A stretch of DNA of 61,439 nt, the filler included, from Choristocarpus tenellus KU-1152 (lineage: Eukaryota > Protista > Phaeophyceae), in the NCBI GenBank assembly GCA_964200185.2. It is 9 parts of 9 records of this genome, joined end to end, with 100 filler letters (N's around TTAATTAATTAA, not from the genome) between each part and the next. Parts side by side here need not be neighbours in the genome. Positions count along the whole stretch, not along the records: positions 32,990 to 49,298 come from CAXNAD020000842.1; positions 49,399 to 54,410 come from CAXNAD020012171.1; 7 more parts are not named here. One strand, given 5' to 3'. The notes beneath the pieces were generated by a model. That model was given only the letters and a program-made list of their open reading frames with translations. It was not told where the DNA came from and made no database searches. Positions 37,838 to 51,398 of the stretch are shown here, piece by piece. The position numbers and the translations under genes were made by a program. The stretch's first letter is position 1. The number at the start of each line of letters is the position of its first letter.

Positions 37838-39500
37838 AGGTTTATCAATCCTTGCAAATAGACTATGCATAAACGTTGGTGGATTTAGATAAATTAATAA
37901 TACAATTAATTTTAGCTCTCAACTCTCCTCGCGTCCATGAGTGGACACATGCGGTGGTGAAGAGAGACCGTATCACTGGGCACAGTCACCTCGTATCGTT
38001 TTAGGAGAGTTGAGCCACCAACATCGTACGTACAAGTTGTCCACTTGAAAATTGTAGTCGTCGTGAACAATCTTCCAATCGATGTCACAATTGAGGAAGG
38101 AGAGTGGGTACACACATTTGATTTCATCGTTGTTTGCTGTGTTGATCTGGTCATGTAACAGGCGATGTCGTTTTCACGCATCAGAGTGGTTATCAAATCA
38201 TTGTATAACATCCGTATAGCAATGTCGAATCACAAACACTAGTCAAATCATTTGTTAACATCGTATATAGCGTTTGCCCCTTGTATCCCCATTCTGAGTT
38301 TAACCTCTGTCTTATACAAGATGATTGAGACCCTATATGCTGGCCAAATATACCTCTCGCCTTGTCTTTAGGCTGATTGATTTGCTGATCCCATACTCTC
38401 AGACCTCGTTAGCTTGATTGGTGTGCTGACCACACACCATCAACCTTGGGCTAACGTTATACCGTTGTACCCATTGAGGTTCCTTGTCAAGCATCCATGA
38501 TTCCACTGGCGGACCTTCCATCAGAATGTGAAACCATGGAATATCTTCACAAGACCAATCCCACAGACTTGGGACAGCTTGTCATTCAGAGTTGTCGCAT
38601 ATGGAAGATCCACTTTGTTCTCACGTCTTGACTTGGGGTGATGAAGCCCCATCTTTGAAGGTGCTCATCACTCCTCAATTTGCACTTGTCCAACCTCAAC
38701 CTCGTGCTCTCGGTTACGGTTCGTCTTTGTTCGTTTGGTCCGTCTTGCCCGGTGATTCTCTTCACGACCCTTGTCTGCGTGAACCGCGCTGCCACAGAAT
38801 CGCACGATTCACCAAAATAGATAATATCAAAGAAATGAAATAAAATGAAATAATAAATGAAAGTAAATAGAAAATGGGAAATTTAATTATTTCCGAAATC
38901 ACGATATACTTTGTGTATAATGATATTTTTAGATTGATCTGTGCAACTACCCAATCACCAATCACCATCAATTGTTTATTGTTGGAAAAAAATGGAAATA
39001 GAACACTACTAGTGTTTTTCTACAATACAAGTAGTAGTAGTAGCATCCATGTTGTTGTATGAAAGCACTGGGTACATATTAATGAAATACCCCGTCATAG
39101 TTGAAATTGTGAGTAAAAACAGTTGTTGTAGGTAGTAATTAAACATCGGACCAACTTCCATTCTTCAACAAAATTAGGTCTTCGGGAAAGATTTTGGTCG
39201 TTCCGCAAGTTGTACTTGTATACTTCGTCTAATAATAGAGTTTGATGGCTCTGACCGAAAAGATTACTTCATACGTCTTCAAGTTGGAAAAAAGAAAGCG
39301 GAGGAACGGAGGAAGAATCCTATCTCCAGGTTAGGAACGGTACTACAAACCTAGATTTTGAGTGCATATTCTTCATCGGGATTGGGGATCATTACACACT
39401 CGACAACACAACACCCAAGTACTACAGCAAGGTCCACGAAGAGCTCAACCCTACACAGCTTTGTAAAACCTGTCCTCTTCGAACTTCCGATACCTTAGAT

Positions 39501-42500
39501 ATGTCTGCGTTTGACGAGGAGGCGGTGGCGGCTAACATCAGGGCGGATGTTCGGTAAGCGAATTGCGTTTTCTTGATAGAAACATTCGGATGGGTGTGTC
39601 GCTTGGGTTATGAGGCGGGGTAAAAACGATTTGAACACTTGTTAGCGATGAACGAAATCAATCGAGTCTCTTCTCTAAACACACTAGTATCCTCAGTCTT
39701 CTCCGTGGAATACTCGGACACATGTTTTTGAGTGTTCTTGACTTCAATCAATACACTGAAACATAGACATTGCACCAAAGGCACCTTTTTTTGATCCGTT
39801 TCAAATAGGATGTAGTCGCCGAACCTGGTCAACAATGGGGGAACAAAGGAAGGTGTCTTGAATTAGTGAGTGAGTGTAAAATGTAGGTTTCTCGCGAGAC
39901 CTATACTGCAAGTGTTGGTTGAAGAAGAGAGATATTCTGTGTATTGAGATGTTGAATGTTGACACAGACGTAGAATGCGTTCTTATAAATAGTCTCTCGC
40001 CGAGTTAACATGTGCTGAGAAATGGGTCATCTTGGTAGTGTGGTTACATTATACTTGACCTGTACTGGTTGAACTGCCACATTCTACACGGAGAAGGTGA
40101 TCTCTTTCTTGTACCGTTGTCCTGAGCCATGACCGACCTGCCCAACTGTCCCGCCTTACGCTTGATGCTGCAATTCAATGTGTTACCCCTCGTATCGTGG
40201 TTGTTCAGTATGTTTTCGGGCTGTCAGGATGCTCAGTGCTCAGCCGATGTCCAAGACGTGTCCTCGTTTGGTCTTCCTGATGCTAACGGGGCAGGCGGCG
40301 CCTGCACCAACGCCCTTCTGTTGACTCTGGTGAGGCTTGTTCTGATGTTTATTCAGATGCATGTGCTGCCATAGTACTGTACTTCATCTTTGCATTTAAA
40401 TAACTGAAAATCTTGTGTTTCCTCTAGACTTCTACCAATGCTGTAGATATCCATACCCCTTCATTCCCATACCAAACATTGTCAAGTTTTGATACCCCTT
40501 TTGCCTATAACCCCCTTTCTTCTAAACTGCTGTAGGCAGATGCCCAACCCGACTCCTGGCTGGGTTTGCTCAAGGGCATGAGGGAGGTGCTAGCGGACAA
40601 AGGCGTTGAACAGGTGGGAGAGGGATTGGCACTGTCCTCTTGTTGCTTTTCAGCTTATACTCTCTGTTTAGAGTACTCATTTACTCTGCATTCTCTTGCT
40701 CGACCTTTTCTCAAGAGTATACTCAGGAAAAAATGTCGACCCAATAATATTATCCTACTCTTGACCACCTGTACAAGACGTTTCCATATATTGTGCAAGC
40801 TTTGCAATTAATGTATGGTTAACAGCCTTTTTGTATTCCCAATCTCAGTGCTGTTTCCTCTGACTTGACATGTCTTTGATTATAGTATTAGTGCATAGTC
40901 TATGCAAAGACCTAGGCTTCCAGTCGGTTTTTATTACGAGATATTTTGAAAAAACTGAACTTGATATTTTGCTTACTCTTTTAACTTTTTTTCTGTACTT
41001 GTATCCTAGATTTCATCGATCTAACCCTGTGTTGTCTTGTCTCACGTTTTGCGGGTCATAGGTGCCCCAGCTGAGCACATCCCGCCCTATTGACGTCACT
41101 GATCCGTTTAGCCTCCTTCACACAGAGGTGAGACATTTATTTGCTGCTCCGAGTACATATATTTGGTCTGTTTTGATGTTCGTTTCATCGACTGTGTGTT
41201 CCCACGGCATCTTTGTGTGAAATGTGAAAGGAGTCTGTTGAATAATAAGCTCTTTTTCCATCAATGCCAATACTTCGTACTCCTTGTGTGTGTCTTGTGC
41301 TGGACTGGTTTGATTGTCTCATGAGTTAACAGTGGATAATTTAATTACATGGGAGGGGGCGGGTGTATTTTATTCTGCACTGGATTGTGTACGTACTCCT
41401 GAATGCACCCAGTTACATTACCACTCACGGATCAACGCTTAGTCTTGTACTTGAGGAGAAAGGGTTGCAGCATTGCGTAGTTCCATTCGAGCCTTGTGTG
41501 TTTTGTTGGATAACTGAATAGATGCCACATTATAATTAATATGAAAAACTCTACTTGTGTGAAAGTTCAATTTCTTGTTATGCTTGAGTTGTGCCAGTAT
41601 CAAAATATTGAGCGGTGTATTGACATTTCAGGGTCCCTCTGGCTCTCTGGTGGAACAGATTTATGTTCTAGAAATATTCTTCAATAACATACAATTGTTG
41701 ATAACCAAAACGGGCAAAACACATACCTATCTCGAAAATACTCTTGCCTCTAACGCAACTAACATTTTTGGTTTCCCTCATTCTTTGAAGTGGAGTACTA
41801 CGTAAGGTTTAAGGGTAGCACGAAAATATGCGTTCCAAGTTTTAATCTCATCCCGTACAAAAGCAACGAAAGAACGAGGTTGTGTTAACTGTTTCGAATC
41901 CTGTTGTCATTGAATTGTATACCCATGCCCACTATTGACTACATCTCTATTTGCTGCACAATACATACACAGGACCACAAGTAGAGACTCATTGCCGAGT
42001 GAGAGTAGACATACTAACCTCAATTGTGTATGCGATGTTATGAATTGTCCCTCGGAAAATGACACCAAAACGTTATTGCTTTTACCTCTATATACCTCAG
42101 CCCAGTGGGATATCGAAGGCGCTCTTGATTGGAATCAACTACATTGGCCAACAGGGGGAACTGTCCGGGTGTCACAACGACGTCGCAGCTATGCACGAGT
42201 ACATTGCAGAAAACGTGAGGGTGTTTAGAGAATTGCATACCGATTGCTGATTTGTTCTATTTGAGTTCAAGTGAGGCTGTGCTTTGGAGCTAAATAGAAA
42301 TATTTCAGGGTTTCAACTTTACTTTCCAACAAATCAACAAAGCAGGAAAACATCAGGATCTCAACTTTTCCCCTGTACTCTGTGTTTAAGTCAAGAGGTG
42401 TCGAACCTGTCATTTAATTTTTATAAGTTGTGCATCTGCTCACACTGTTGTGTGAGACCCAAAATATCTGGTGGGGGGGGGGATCTGCACCAGATTGTCC

Positions 42501-45500
42501 ATTTGAGTCAAAACCAGGAGAAGCGCACTTACATGAGGCAAGCAGTAGTTTCAGCAGCAATAATCTCAAGGATCATGTACAAGGGAGAGGTGTTGTGCTC
42601 ACTATAGCTCCTTGCTTGTGTAAGGGTGGGGGTGTGGTTTGTTGATATACATGCAGGGCCTATTATCTTTAAAAAAATCTGTGACAACGGTGGAGTATCA
42701 TCACGAGGGGTTGGTTCAACAGATACAGTATTGTTTGTGGTGCTTGATGAGATAGTTGCAGGGGCTAGAGCACTTCTGGGTGTGTTGTGGCACCAACAAC
42801 CACGATCTGTTCCTGGACATTAGGAATTTTCTGCTGCATGAAGCAAATGCCCAGGCATTTATCCAACAGTGGAAGAATTTGGAAGTTGTCCAAACATATA
42901 TTTAGTAGTAGGCTGTATGCTGTTTATTGTCTCTGAAGACAGTGAAGACAGTATGACTTGTCGATGAGAAAATGAACTTTGAAGTAGTCCTAATTTGGCG
43001 TGACGTTAAATGAAGGGTATGCTCTATAGATGGGACTAGACTTCTTCCTGTTCGGTCTGCTGAATCCTTGCTGACTTAGCATGTGTTAGAACCACCTCTT
43101 CTCACTTGTCACTCATCTCCTTTTCTGCCTGGAAATAATTACTTGTTTGCTTCGATTGACCACAGGGCTACCCATCACCGGAGGGAGAGGGGGTGATGAT
43201 CATCATGGATGACGATATACACACCGCTCCCACCCGCGACAACCTTATTGAGGGTTTCAGGTTACTATACTGGATGGATGGAATGTTGGCTCTTTGGAAG
43301 CTTGAATTTATGTTTCGAGTTGGGGGTTTGGTTTGTATTTCTTTGGGACAATCAGAATGTTTTGAGACTTGATATCTCCTTCCTAAGAGCGTTATATTGA
43401 CTATGTGGAGGCAACTCCATATTGGAGGGACCCTCTTTGTGGATGCTGATTCTGGTGTAAGGTTTCCTGTTTGCTATTTTCCTGGTAACTATGAAATTTA
43501 CTTCATATGCCTAGATCAACCCACTTTTAACTATCAGTTCCTATTAGAATCCTCCTTGCTTGTATCGTGCCCTCGCTTTCACTCTCTGTCGTGGTTCATC
43601 ATTTGTATTGTATGTATATGTGTGCATGAAGGTGGCTGGTAGCTGACGCAGCGCCCGGCGATAGCCTCTTCATGCACTACTCAGGTGAGAACAGCTACTG
43701 AAGAATGAATGGGGTTTCACAATCATAATTGTGGTGAAAATATGTGTCTTTAGGTGGCTGGTAGGTCGTTCAGGGAGAGAGATGATAGCCTCTTGATATG
43801 CAGCTCCGGTCAACTCCAGTAAGAAGAGTTGACCATAGAGGAATGGGATGGATTTCACTATCATATTGTGATATCACAAATGTAGATTATGTTTGCTAGA
43901 GCTTTTCGTATTGTGATAAGAGTCGTTAGTTCATCTCTTTTGTCTCGGCTCTTGTTGGAACCTCAAACGGCCGTAGTTGCTTGAATGTCATCCATGCTAT
44001 AGGAAGAACTCCAAGATATTTCAATTATGTAAGGATAGTAACTAACTTGGTAACATATATTTTATACCTTCAAACAGGCCATGGTGGTTCACAGCGGGAT
44101 GAAAATGGTGATGAGGAAGACCGTATGGACGAGACCATGGTGCCTGTGGACTACACTGAGGCTGGCCAGATCAAGGATGACGAGATTCTGAAGGAGGCAA
44201 GAACTTTTTTAACCTTTCTCGTATTTGGCTTCTATACAGCCTTCGGGCATATATCACTACCGCCTTTAGTATGTTTTAAATCAGTTGGAATGTGTGGCAA
44301 TGATGAGAAGGTTTTCGCTTACATTTATATATTTTCAACTCCTGAACGCGATTAATTGAGGGTCCTCTTCTTCTCAGTATATCATGAAGCTATGTATGGT
44401 CAATGCATAACTTCCTTTTTCCCATCCCGTCCATGCCGCTCCCTGCCGCTCTGCAGCTGGTCATGGCCCTGCCAGAGGGAGTGCAACTGACGGTGCTGAT
44501 GGACTGCAGCCACAGTGGGTCGATCCTGGACCTGCCATACAGCATCAAGGCTAACGAAGAAACCCTCTCAGCCGTAGAGTCGGGCGAGATGTCTACCTTG
44601 ACGTCACTAAATGACAACTTCAACATGGGCAAGGTGCGAGAGTTGGAAGAAATAAATTGTGACTGTTAGCAATAGATATCTGGCACGGAGGGATGAAGGA
44701 TATGTGCTGGAGAACAAAAATCATTTCACTTGTTTTTCTTTTTCTAGCATGTCCCAATGCTGGGGTAAAACCAGGTATGATTTTCTGCGCTAGTCTTGTG
44801 TGCAAGAGATATTATTCTATTTCTTGTTCACTCACTAAGTTATTTTGTGTGTGTGTAGCAGGTCGCAATCCTCTTGCACGTTGGTGAGTCATCCACTGAG
44901 AAAAGAGAAGTGAACACCAATTCTGAAAAGGGGTCTCTGGTAGAGCCTGTAGTGTGTGCTTAATTGTCCTGACTTACAAATCTCCCGCCATGCCTTGCTC
45001 AAAATACTATCCTACAATTGCGTCCATACAAAAAATGATCCATCTTAACCACATCAACCCTAACCTTTTCTCTCCTTTTTTTCTACGTGTCATACATCTT
45101 CCTGTTGTTTTTTACGGTTTGCCTGTTTCTGTGGCCGGTTGATTTGTTTTGGAATCGCATTGTCTGGGTTTGCACACGCACAAAATGCCCTGGAACATTC
45201 ACCACAACACGTCGATGCAGATGATGTCGGTTGGATCAGGACTCTCCGGGTCTACATTTGGTGGTTTTGGGGGAGAGACTGCTGGCTATGATGCGGAGCA
45301 GGCAGAAGTCATTGTTGAGGGTGCAGGAGAAGAAGAACCAGTCCTAGCGACTGCAGGGGTGGAGATTGCAGCTGAAGAGGTTGTGGTGGAGGAGGAAGAA
45401 GTGGTCGAAGAAGAGGTAGGTGCCTTTGGCTTCGAGGCAGTCCAGGTATCAACAGAACTGGAAGCAACAGAACTAGGACTTACTGAAGAGGTCCAAGAGG

Positions 45501-45562
45501 AGTATGTGGAGGAAGAGTTTGTTGAGGAGCCGGCTGAATTCGAGTATGGGGAAGATGAATAA
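39501..45562 (+). CDS. Type III (p10-p20 permuted) metacaspase with catalytic Cys replaced by Ser and an acidic C-terminal tail, ~405 aa. Exons 39501-39553, 40209-40329, 40536-40613, 41062-41127, 42101-42214, 43166-43260, 43632-43684, 44078-44196, 44457-44633, 45221-45562
   Basis: Phase-consistent splicing (one GC-AG intron). p10 motifs ([35 protein letters not shown]) precede p20 motifs ([63 protein letters not shown]). Confidence 0.93.
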
Positions 45563-46699
45563 AATATGTGAGAGTGATGCTGGAGTAAGGGAGGTTGGAG
45601 GAGGTGACTGGTAAGGTCGATTTTCAATTCTGAAGATTTGTGTACAGAGGACGACCTGGCCAATGAAGACGGCTAATTGGAGATAACTGCAGGGTTTTGT
45701 TCAGTGGAACTACTACTTAACTCTCTAGTAACGTTTTAAGGCACTTTTTAATATGTTGCTCCAAGTAATTGTCTTTTTGCTCAGACAGTGGACGGGATAT
45801 GTAGTTGGTTTTTGGCTTTGAAAAAGATTTGACCTTGCTGTTGTACACTGTAAGTACGTACAGTGTTGATGCATGTGAGCTACATTTTTTTTTTCAGTGT
45901 ATCATTGATAGAATCTACTTGTACCCTTGACTTGAGTGTCTCGTGCATGTTGGTATTTGATGCAAGCATTTAAAAACCTGTCTTGCTGGTGCTGGTGCTT
46001 GTGCTCCACTCCACTGACGGCACACTAGCAATGATGAGGGTTGGGTTGAGTGTATTTTTATCTAAAAAAATAGTCTTCTGCGACAAGGATGAAAGTTTGT
46101 CGTTTTAACCCAGTCATGCATCCTTTTGCAGGTGCGGTGGAGTGAATGGTTGGCCCATTTATTTTGCTGTTGTGCTAGGTAATTTATGGTGTATACTTTT
46201 TAATCGTGCATGTGCACCTGTTTTGTTCTTTTTGCATCATTCCTGTTGCTGTGGGGGGTCAGGGACACTACCTGACCATAGAAGTTGGAACGTGTTGAAA
46301 AGTGGATACTCCATTGCTGCTTGAATTTGCATCAGGGGTGAGGCCTGCACCAAAGGAAGAGCATGCATCAGGAACAAAATGTAGCCAAAAGAAACACTCT
46401 TTTAAGAGCCACACCTGTGGGGGGGTTGGGGTTACAGAGGCAATAGGGGAAACGCAACCACCCAGAACAAAATATAGAAAAGCAACATAAACCCTGAATT
46501 TGCGAGAACAATATTCACTCCTCATACTTCGACATTTTTGGTGGCCTTTTGACCAAGAAAGCTGATTTCACCACCAGTTCTACAATTTTAACCTCGATTG
46601 GCCCTATTGAGCCAAATGCTTTGTGAATTAATTGCTAAAATTTCTGCTCTCTCAGTTGTTTTTCACAAATCGTTCAGGCACAACAGATAAAAAAAAAAT

Positions 46700-48725
46700 G
46701 TTTTGACACTCTCACCCCCCCAACATCCACAACATAGAAGTGGGGACTTGAGTAGCAACATTTCCAAGTATGTTTCCCACCAACAACTTATTTGTACAAC
46801 CAGTGGGTTCAAAACTGTGGTTTGATCGCCTTACATTCCCAACATTCATCAGATACCTATGGTAACTTGACCTGCAACATGTTGAAGTGTTTATCTTCAA
46901 AATCACTAATATCTTGGATGGATCTCAAGACGTTTGACAGTTTCACCCGACCAACATACACAAAATACTAATGGCGACTTCACTGGCAACATTTTGATGC
47001 CACTTTTACGAAGTATCAGATACACATCACTTTGGTGGATCTAAAAATGTAGTTTGATTGCTTCACCCGACCAACATAGACAAAATACTAATGTTGACTT
47101 CACTGGCAACATTTTGATGTCACTTTTATGAAGTATCAGGTGCACATCGCTTCGATGGATCTCAAAACATTTTTTGACTGCTTCACCCGACCAACGTACA
47201 CACGATATCGATGGTAACTTCACCAGCAATATTTGCAGGCACTTTTACTCAAGGTCAGTTACACTTTCCTTGGATAGATGCGAAGCTGTTATTTGATTGT
47301 TGCAGCTGCCAAACATCACTGGGAGATACCAGTGGTGGCTTAGGCGGAAACGCTTTAGAGTATTTTGCCAAACATCAGTCGACATCACTTGGATAGAATC
47401 GAGACTGTGGTTTGACCGTTTCACCCGACCAACATTCATAAGATATCACTGATGACTTGGGTAGTAACATTTCGAAGCATTTATCCTAACTATCAGTTAA
47501 TTATCCCTTTAATGGACTCACAGCTGTTGTTTGGGCGTTTCACCCTCTCAACATCCACAAGACGCACCAATGGTGACTTGAGCGGCAACAGTTTGAAGTT
47601 TTTTTTCACTTATATATACCTTAAATTGGTTCAAAATGGTGGTCTGACCGTTTTGCCTTTCCCAACATCGATCAGATAGCAACGGTGACTTGAGAAACAA
47701 CAATTTCAAGTATATTCCCTATCACTTTTTATCCCTGAGATGGATCTAAAAGCTTTGTTTGACCGTTTCACCCGCCCAACACCCACAGGATACCAATGGT
47801 GACTTGAGCGGCAACATTTATTATATTTTTTACTAAATATCAGTTATGCTTTACTTAGATGGATGGAGAGTTGTTTATTGTTTCACCCACCCAACTTTCA
47901 TGGGATACTCATGGTAAATTGAGAGGCAACAATTAATAGCGCTTTCCCCAAGTATCAGTTACACATTGCTTGGATGGACCCAAAAATGTTCTTGACACTC
48001 TTACCCCCCCAACATCGACGAGGTACCAATGGTGACTTTAGCGGCAACATCTTCAAATTATTTCCCACTATCACTTAATTATACTTTGTATGGGTTCAAA
48101 AGAGCAAAAGTATCTTAGAGGGTGTGAGTTTTCCCCTGTTTGTCCGTTTGGGGTTTGGTTTCCCACGGGCTTTTAATGACATTTTACCTACTCCAAAATG
48201 TTTTGGAGTACGTAAAATTTGTACGTTATGAAAAGGTGTGTCCGGAACAAGGATATCGACATCTCCTAACAAACACGATAGCCAAAGTTACATCAAAATT
48301 GTAACATTGGATTTTGGCCCCCAAATGGACGCAGCCCTACCCCTCTAAGATACATTGACTCAAACTGTTGTTTGATCCTTTCACCTTTCCCAACATTCAT
48401 CACATAGCAATGGTGACTTGAGAGGCAGCATTTATTATTATTTTGAAGTATATATCACTTATTCATCCCTACCATGAATCCAAAACTGTTTGACCGTTTT
48501 GCCCACCCAACATCGACAAGATAACAATGGTGACATGGTCGGGAGGATTTTGAAGTATACATCCTGAGTATAATTTCCGAAGGTGTTGTAAGGATGCCAA
48601 ACCATTGTTTCACAGTTTCATCCACCCAACATGGACAAGGTACCATTGGTGACTTGGGTGGCAACGTTTTGAAGTCTACATCCTAGGTATCACTTACTAA
48701 TATTTTTCATGAATCCTGAACTGTT
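46700..48725 (+). repeat. Diverged tandem array, 15 units of ~112-120 bp, interrupted by a MITE
   Basis: Recurrent core tttgaccgtttcacccg.ccaacat....agatacc.atggtgacttgag.ggcaacatt at about 46701, 46821, 46933, 47053, 47173, 47292, 47411, 47530, 47643, 47758, 47874, 47991, 48371, 48489 and 48608. Confidence 0.9.
48102..48361 (+). mobile_element. MITE family A inserted into the tandem array
   Basis: The uninterrupted unit sequence ttcaaaactg becomes ttcaaaa[MITE]aaactg, giving a 3-bp aaa duplication. Confidence 0.94.
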
Positions 48726-49409
48726 AATTGCTTAGTCTTAGAGATACAGAGTAGTAGGACTACAAGGCACAGGACAAACTTTATTGTGGGACCTTCCACT
48801 TCCGTAGCCTGATACCCCCGTACCACCCTTTTCCTGTAAATCTCCAACGCCTGGGGAAGGGCAGGGAGCTCCCTCTTTATTGCTAAAGCTCGTGGGGTAC
48901 AGCTAAGGTGTCAGTACTGCCAAGATGTGACTGACTGGGTATGTGATGGGGCTGTGTGTGGTCGATTCTGGTGCCTAAAAAAATGTCACGATAAGGGGTG
49001 GGTGGTGGTGGAAAGGACTCATAGAATGTAACGAAAATATTTCCTTCCGATGTAGAGGCAACTAACTCCGCACTAGGTATTGAAATGGAAGGAAACTTAG
49101 ATGTTGGGGTTGAGGGAGCTGCAATTCAAGAGGAGGGAGTAGGAGGAGGAGATGAGCAACAAGTCGCAACAGTGAAGGAGTAGGCTGGTGGAAAGGGCTT
49201 GACATGTGTGAAGCACCACCAATACAAGAGTGACTGAGGGTAGGGCAAATGATGAAGGGTTCGTATTTTCACTCACCGGTTAGGTCAAAGTATCTGGGNN
49301 NNNNNNNNNNNNNNNNNNNNNNNNNNNNNNNNNNNNNNNNNNTTAATTAATTAANNNNNNNNNNNNNNNNNNNNNNNNNNNNNNNNNNNNNNNNNNNNCT
49401 TCATTCTTA

Positions 49410-49466
49410 AATTGTTTCTTCTACAGAATCTTCTTTTACACACGAATAAAAAGCATATTCTTAACA
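49410..49466 (-). repeat. End of an LTR related to the Copia element at 3532-7625
   Basis: ttttacacacgaataaaaagcatattcttaaca is identical to the end of the LTR at 7625. Confidence 0.8.
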
Positions 49467-50324
49467 TAGGTTGATAATTCTGTTGCAAACCGAGCTCTTT
49501 ACAAGTCTTACATGTCTTTAATACTTTGTCAATGCAGATCCCCAATCATCACATCCTAGACAGAAATGTGTTATCGACTCTGCTCTTTATAAAAAAATCC
49601 TGAATGAACGCTACATTCCAGCGACTTTCAGGTATTTCGAACAATGAAATGCCTGATCTTACAAGGAATTAATTGCGTAGGAGTGGTAAATCCTACCAGT
49701 CATATTACAACTCTCCAGAAATTGTGTCGCAGATCGTCGCCTCCCAATGTCTCGAATTTTAGTGACAGGGTCTTCTTGACTGGTCAGGGGTTCCTCTTCT
49801 CAACCAGTAATAAAACTATGAACGCAAGAATGATTTCTCCAACCTCTCTGTAAACCACACAACCCTCCCTCAACAACTATTGTACAACCGACAGTCCTTA
49901 CCTCCATAGGCGTAAATAAACAGAATTGACGATTTCAAAAATAAAATAAAATAGAAATGATTAACGAACTGAGACTTGAAAAAAATTATGCACACTCAAC
50001 TAGGGACTCCCGATTAGCGCGCTGGATATGGGTTTGCACGAGTGATCCTCGTTTATTAAGCGTTAGTTCCTCACTTTACTCTAAGAACTTGTTCTCTACC
50101 ACCTTCACCCTACGTACTGAGCCCCTTGACCCGTGGTCAGATGGGAATGCACACACACTCTTTCTTCCACGCCACGAACTACTACATGTATTTGCACGAC
50201 TATTTCTACATATCTTGACTCTTTCTTACGTGCTGTGGTCAGCCGTCCCATAATTCCTCCCTCCACATCCTCCGTAGAATCTGGTGTGTACACACTACTT
50301 CAGAAATTAATATTATTAGCAAGT

Positions 50325-50820
50325 TGGATATGTGACTTTGTGCAATAGAGTGAAGTAAAGGTATACTTCCCAATACAGATGTATGCTAAAGGTGTAGCTG
50401 CTGCTGCTGCTGAGGCGAGAAATCGCACCCACTACGAGGGTTCTTTTGACCCTCGTAGTTACAGCCTCAGCACCTCCACGGTGGAAAGTTTTGGGCGCCT
50501 CTGTAAACAAAAAGAGAGTTTTCTGGATGAGTTGGCCACACATGTGGTAGGGGGGAGAGGGGTGGGAGGCTATAGCAGGAAACGAGCTGTCAAGTCCTGT
50601 TCACGACAGATATTGTCTGTCACAACGCAATTAGCTCTATCAAGACGTGTCATGCGTTTTAAGCTGGAGAAATCAGGAGAGATAGGCAAGGAGGAGCCTG
50701 TCAGATTCTTGGGATGCTTCCCTAGCTCCTCGCGCAGGGGTGTAGGGCTAAGCTAGCTTGGAAGCATAGGAGGGGAGTGGTGTAGCATAGTTGGTAGTAA
50801 AATAGCAAAAAGATAGAAAA
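50325..50820 (+). mobile_element. 3' fragment of a CRE/R2-like non-LTR retrotransposon (restriction-like endonuclease region)
   Basis: G.AAAAAEARNRTHY..VESFGRL..FLDELA..QILSVTTQLALSRRV is the typical RLE C-terminus; A-rich end. Confidence 0.7.
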
Positions 50821-51398
50821 ATGCCTTTCACATTTACGACAAGTGTTACTTTTTCCGGGGTTGTTCTGACACTTAATTGACTCTCATTGATTTTTCCTCT
50901 GACATATCTGCAAAATGTCACAGGGCATAATAAGATATATATATATATAACTACCCCACTAAGACACCACCAAAATAGGACTCACCGTACAGAATACCCT
51001 TCGATATAGTATAGAGAGATTATATTTATAGTGTGATACCTACCTTCGTGCCAAGGTATACCTCTTAGAGAGCCCTTCCTTCAGAAGATATACCTCAAAT
51101 TATGTTCCTTGTGTAACGTAAGCATTACTCTGCGTCAATACCGGGCCGTTGAACTGAGCTCACAAGCCCCCCCTCATTCACTTACCTTGTCACTCCCTTC
51201 TTCAGTGAGGTTTATCTACCCTCCTCCCTTCCATTCCTCCTGTTAGTCTTCCCCCTCCCCTTCCATCTGAAGAATCTGTCTACTGGTTTCCACCGGTTTC
51301 GCAGCAGTGATAACGGCAGGGCATCCCATGAAACCCTTACCAGTGAGGTTTTGGAGGAGTTCAGTCAGATCTGCATAATGTGAAATAAAACTTCGGCA

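Noticed and set aside
44862-44883. Possible 22-nt micro-exon in the metacaspase (cag|GTC..TTG|gtgagt)
   Set aside because: It would shift the last exon out of frame, whereas direct 44633-45221 splicing is in phase. At most an unproven poison exon.
46700-48725. CRISPR-like repeat-spacer array
   Set aside because: The conserved blocks are far from identical, the variable parts are homologous to each other, there are no cas genes and the context is eukaryotic.
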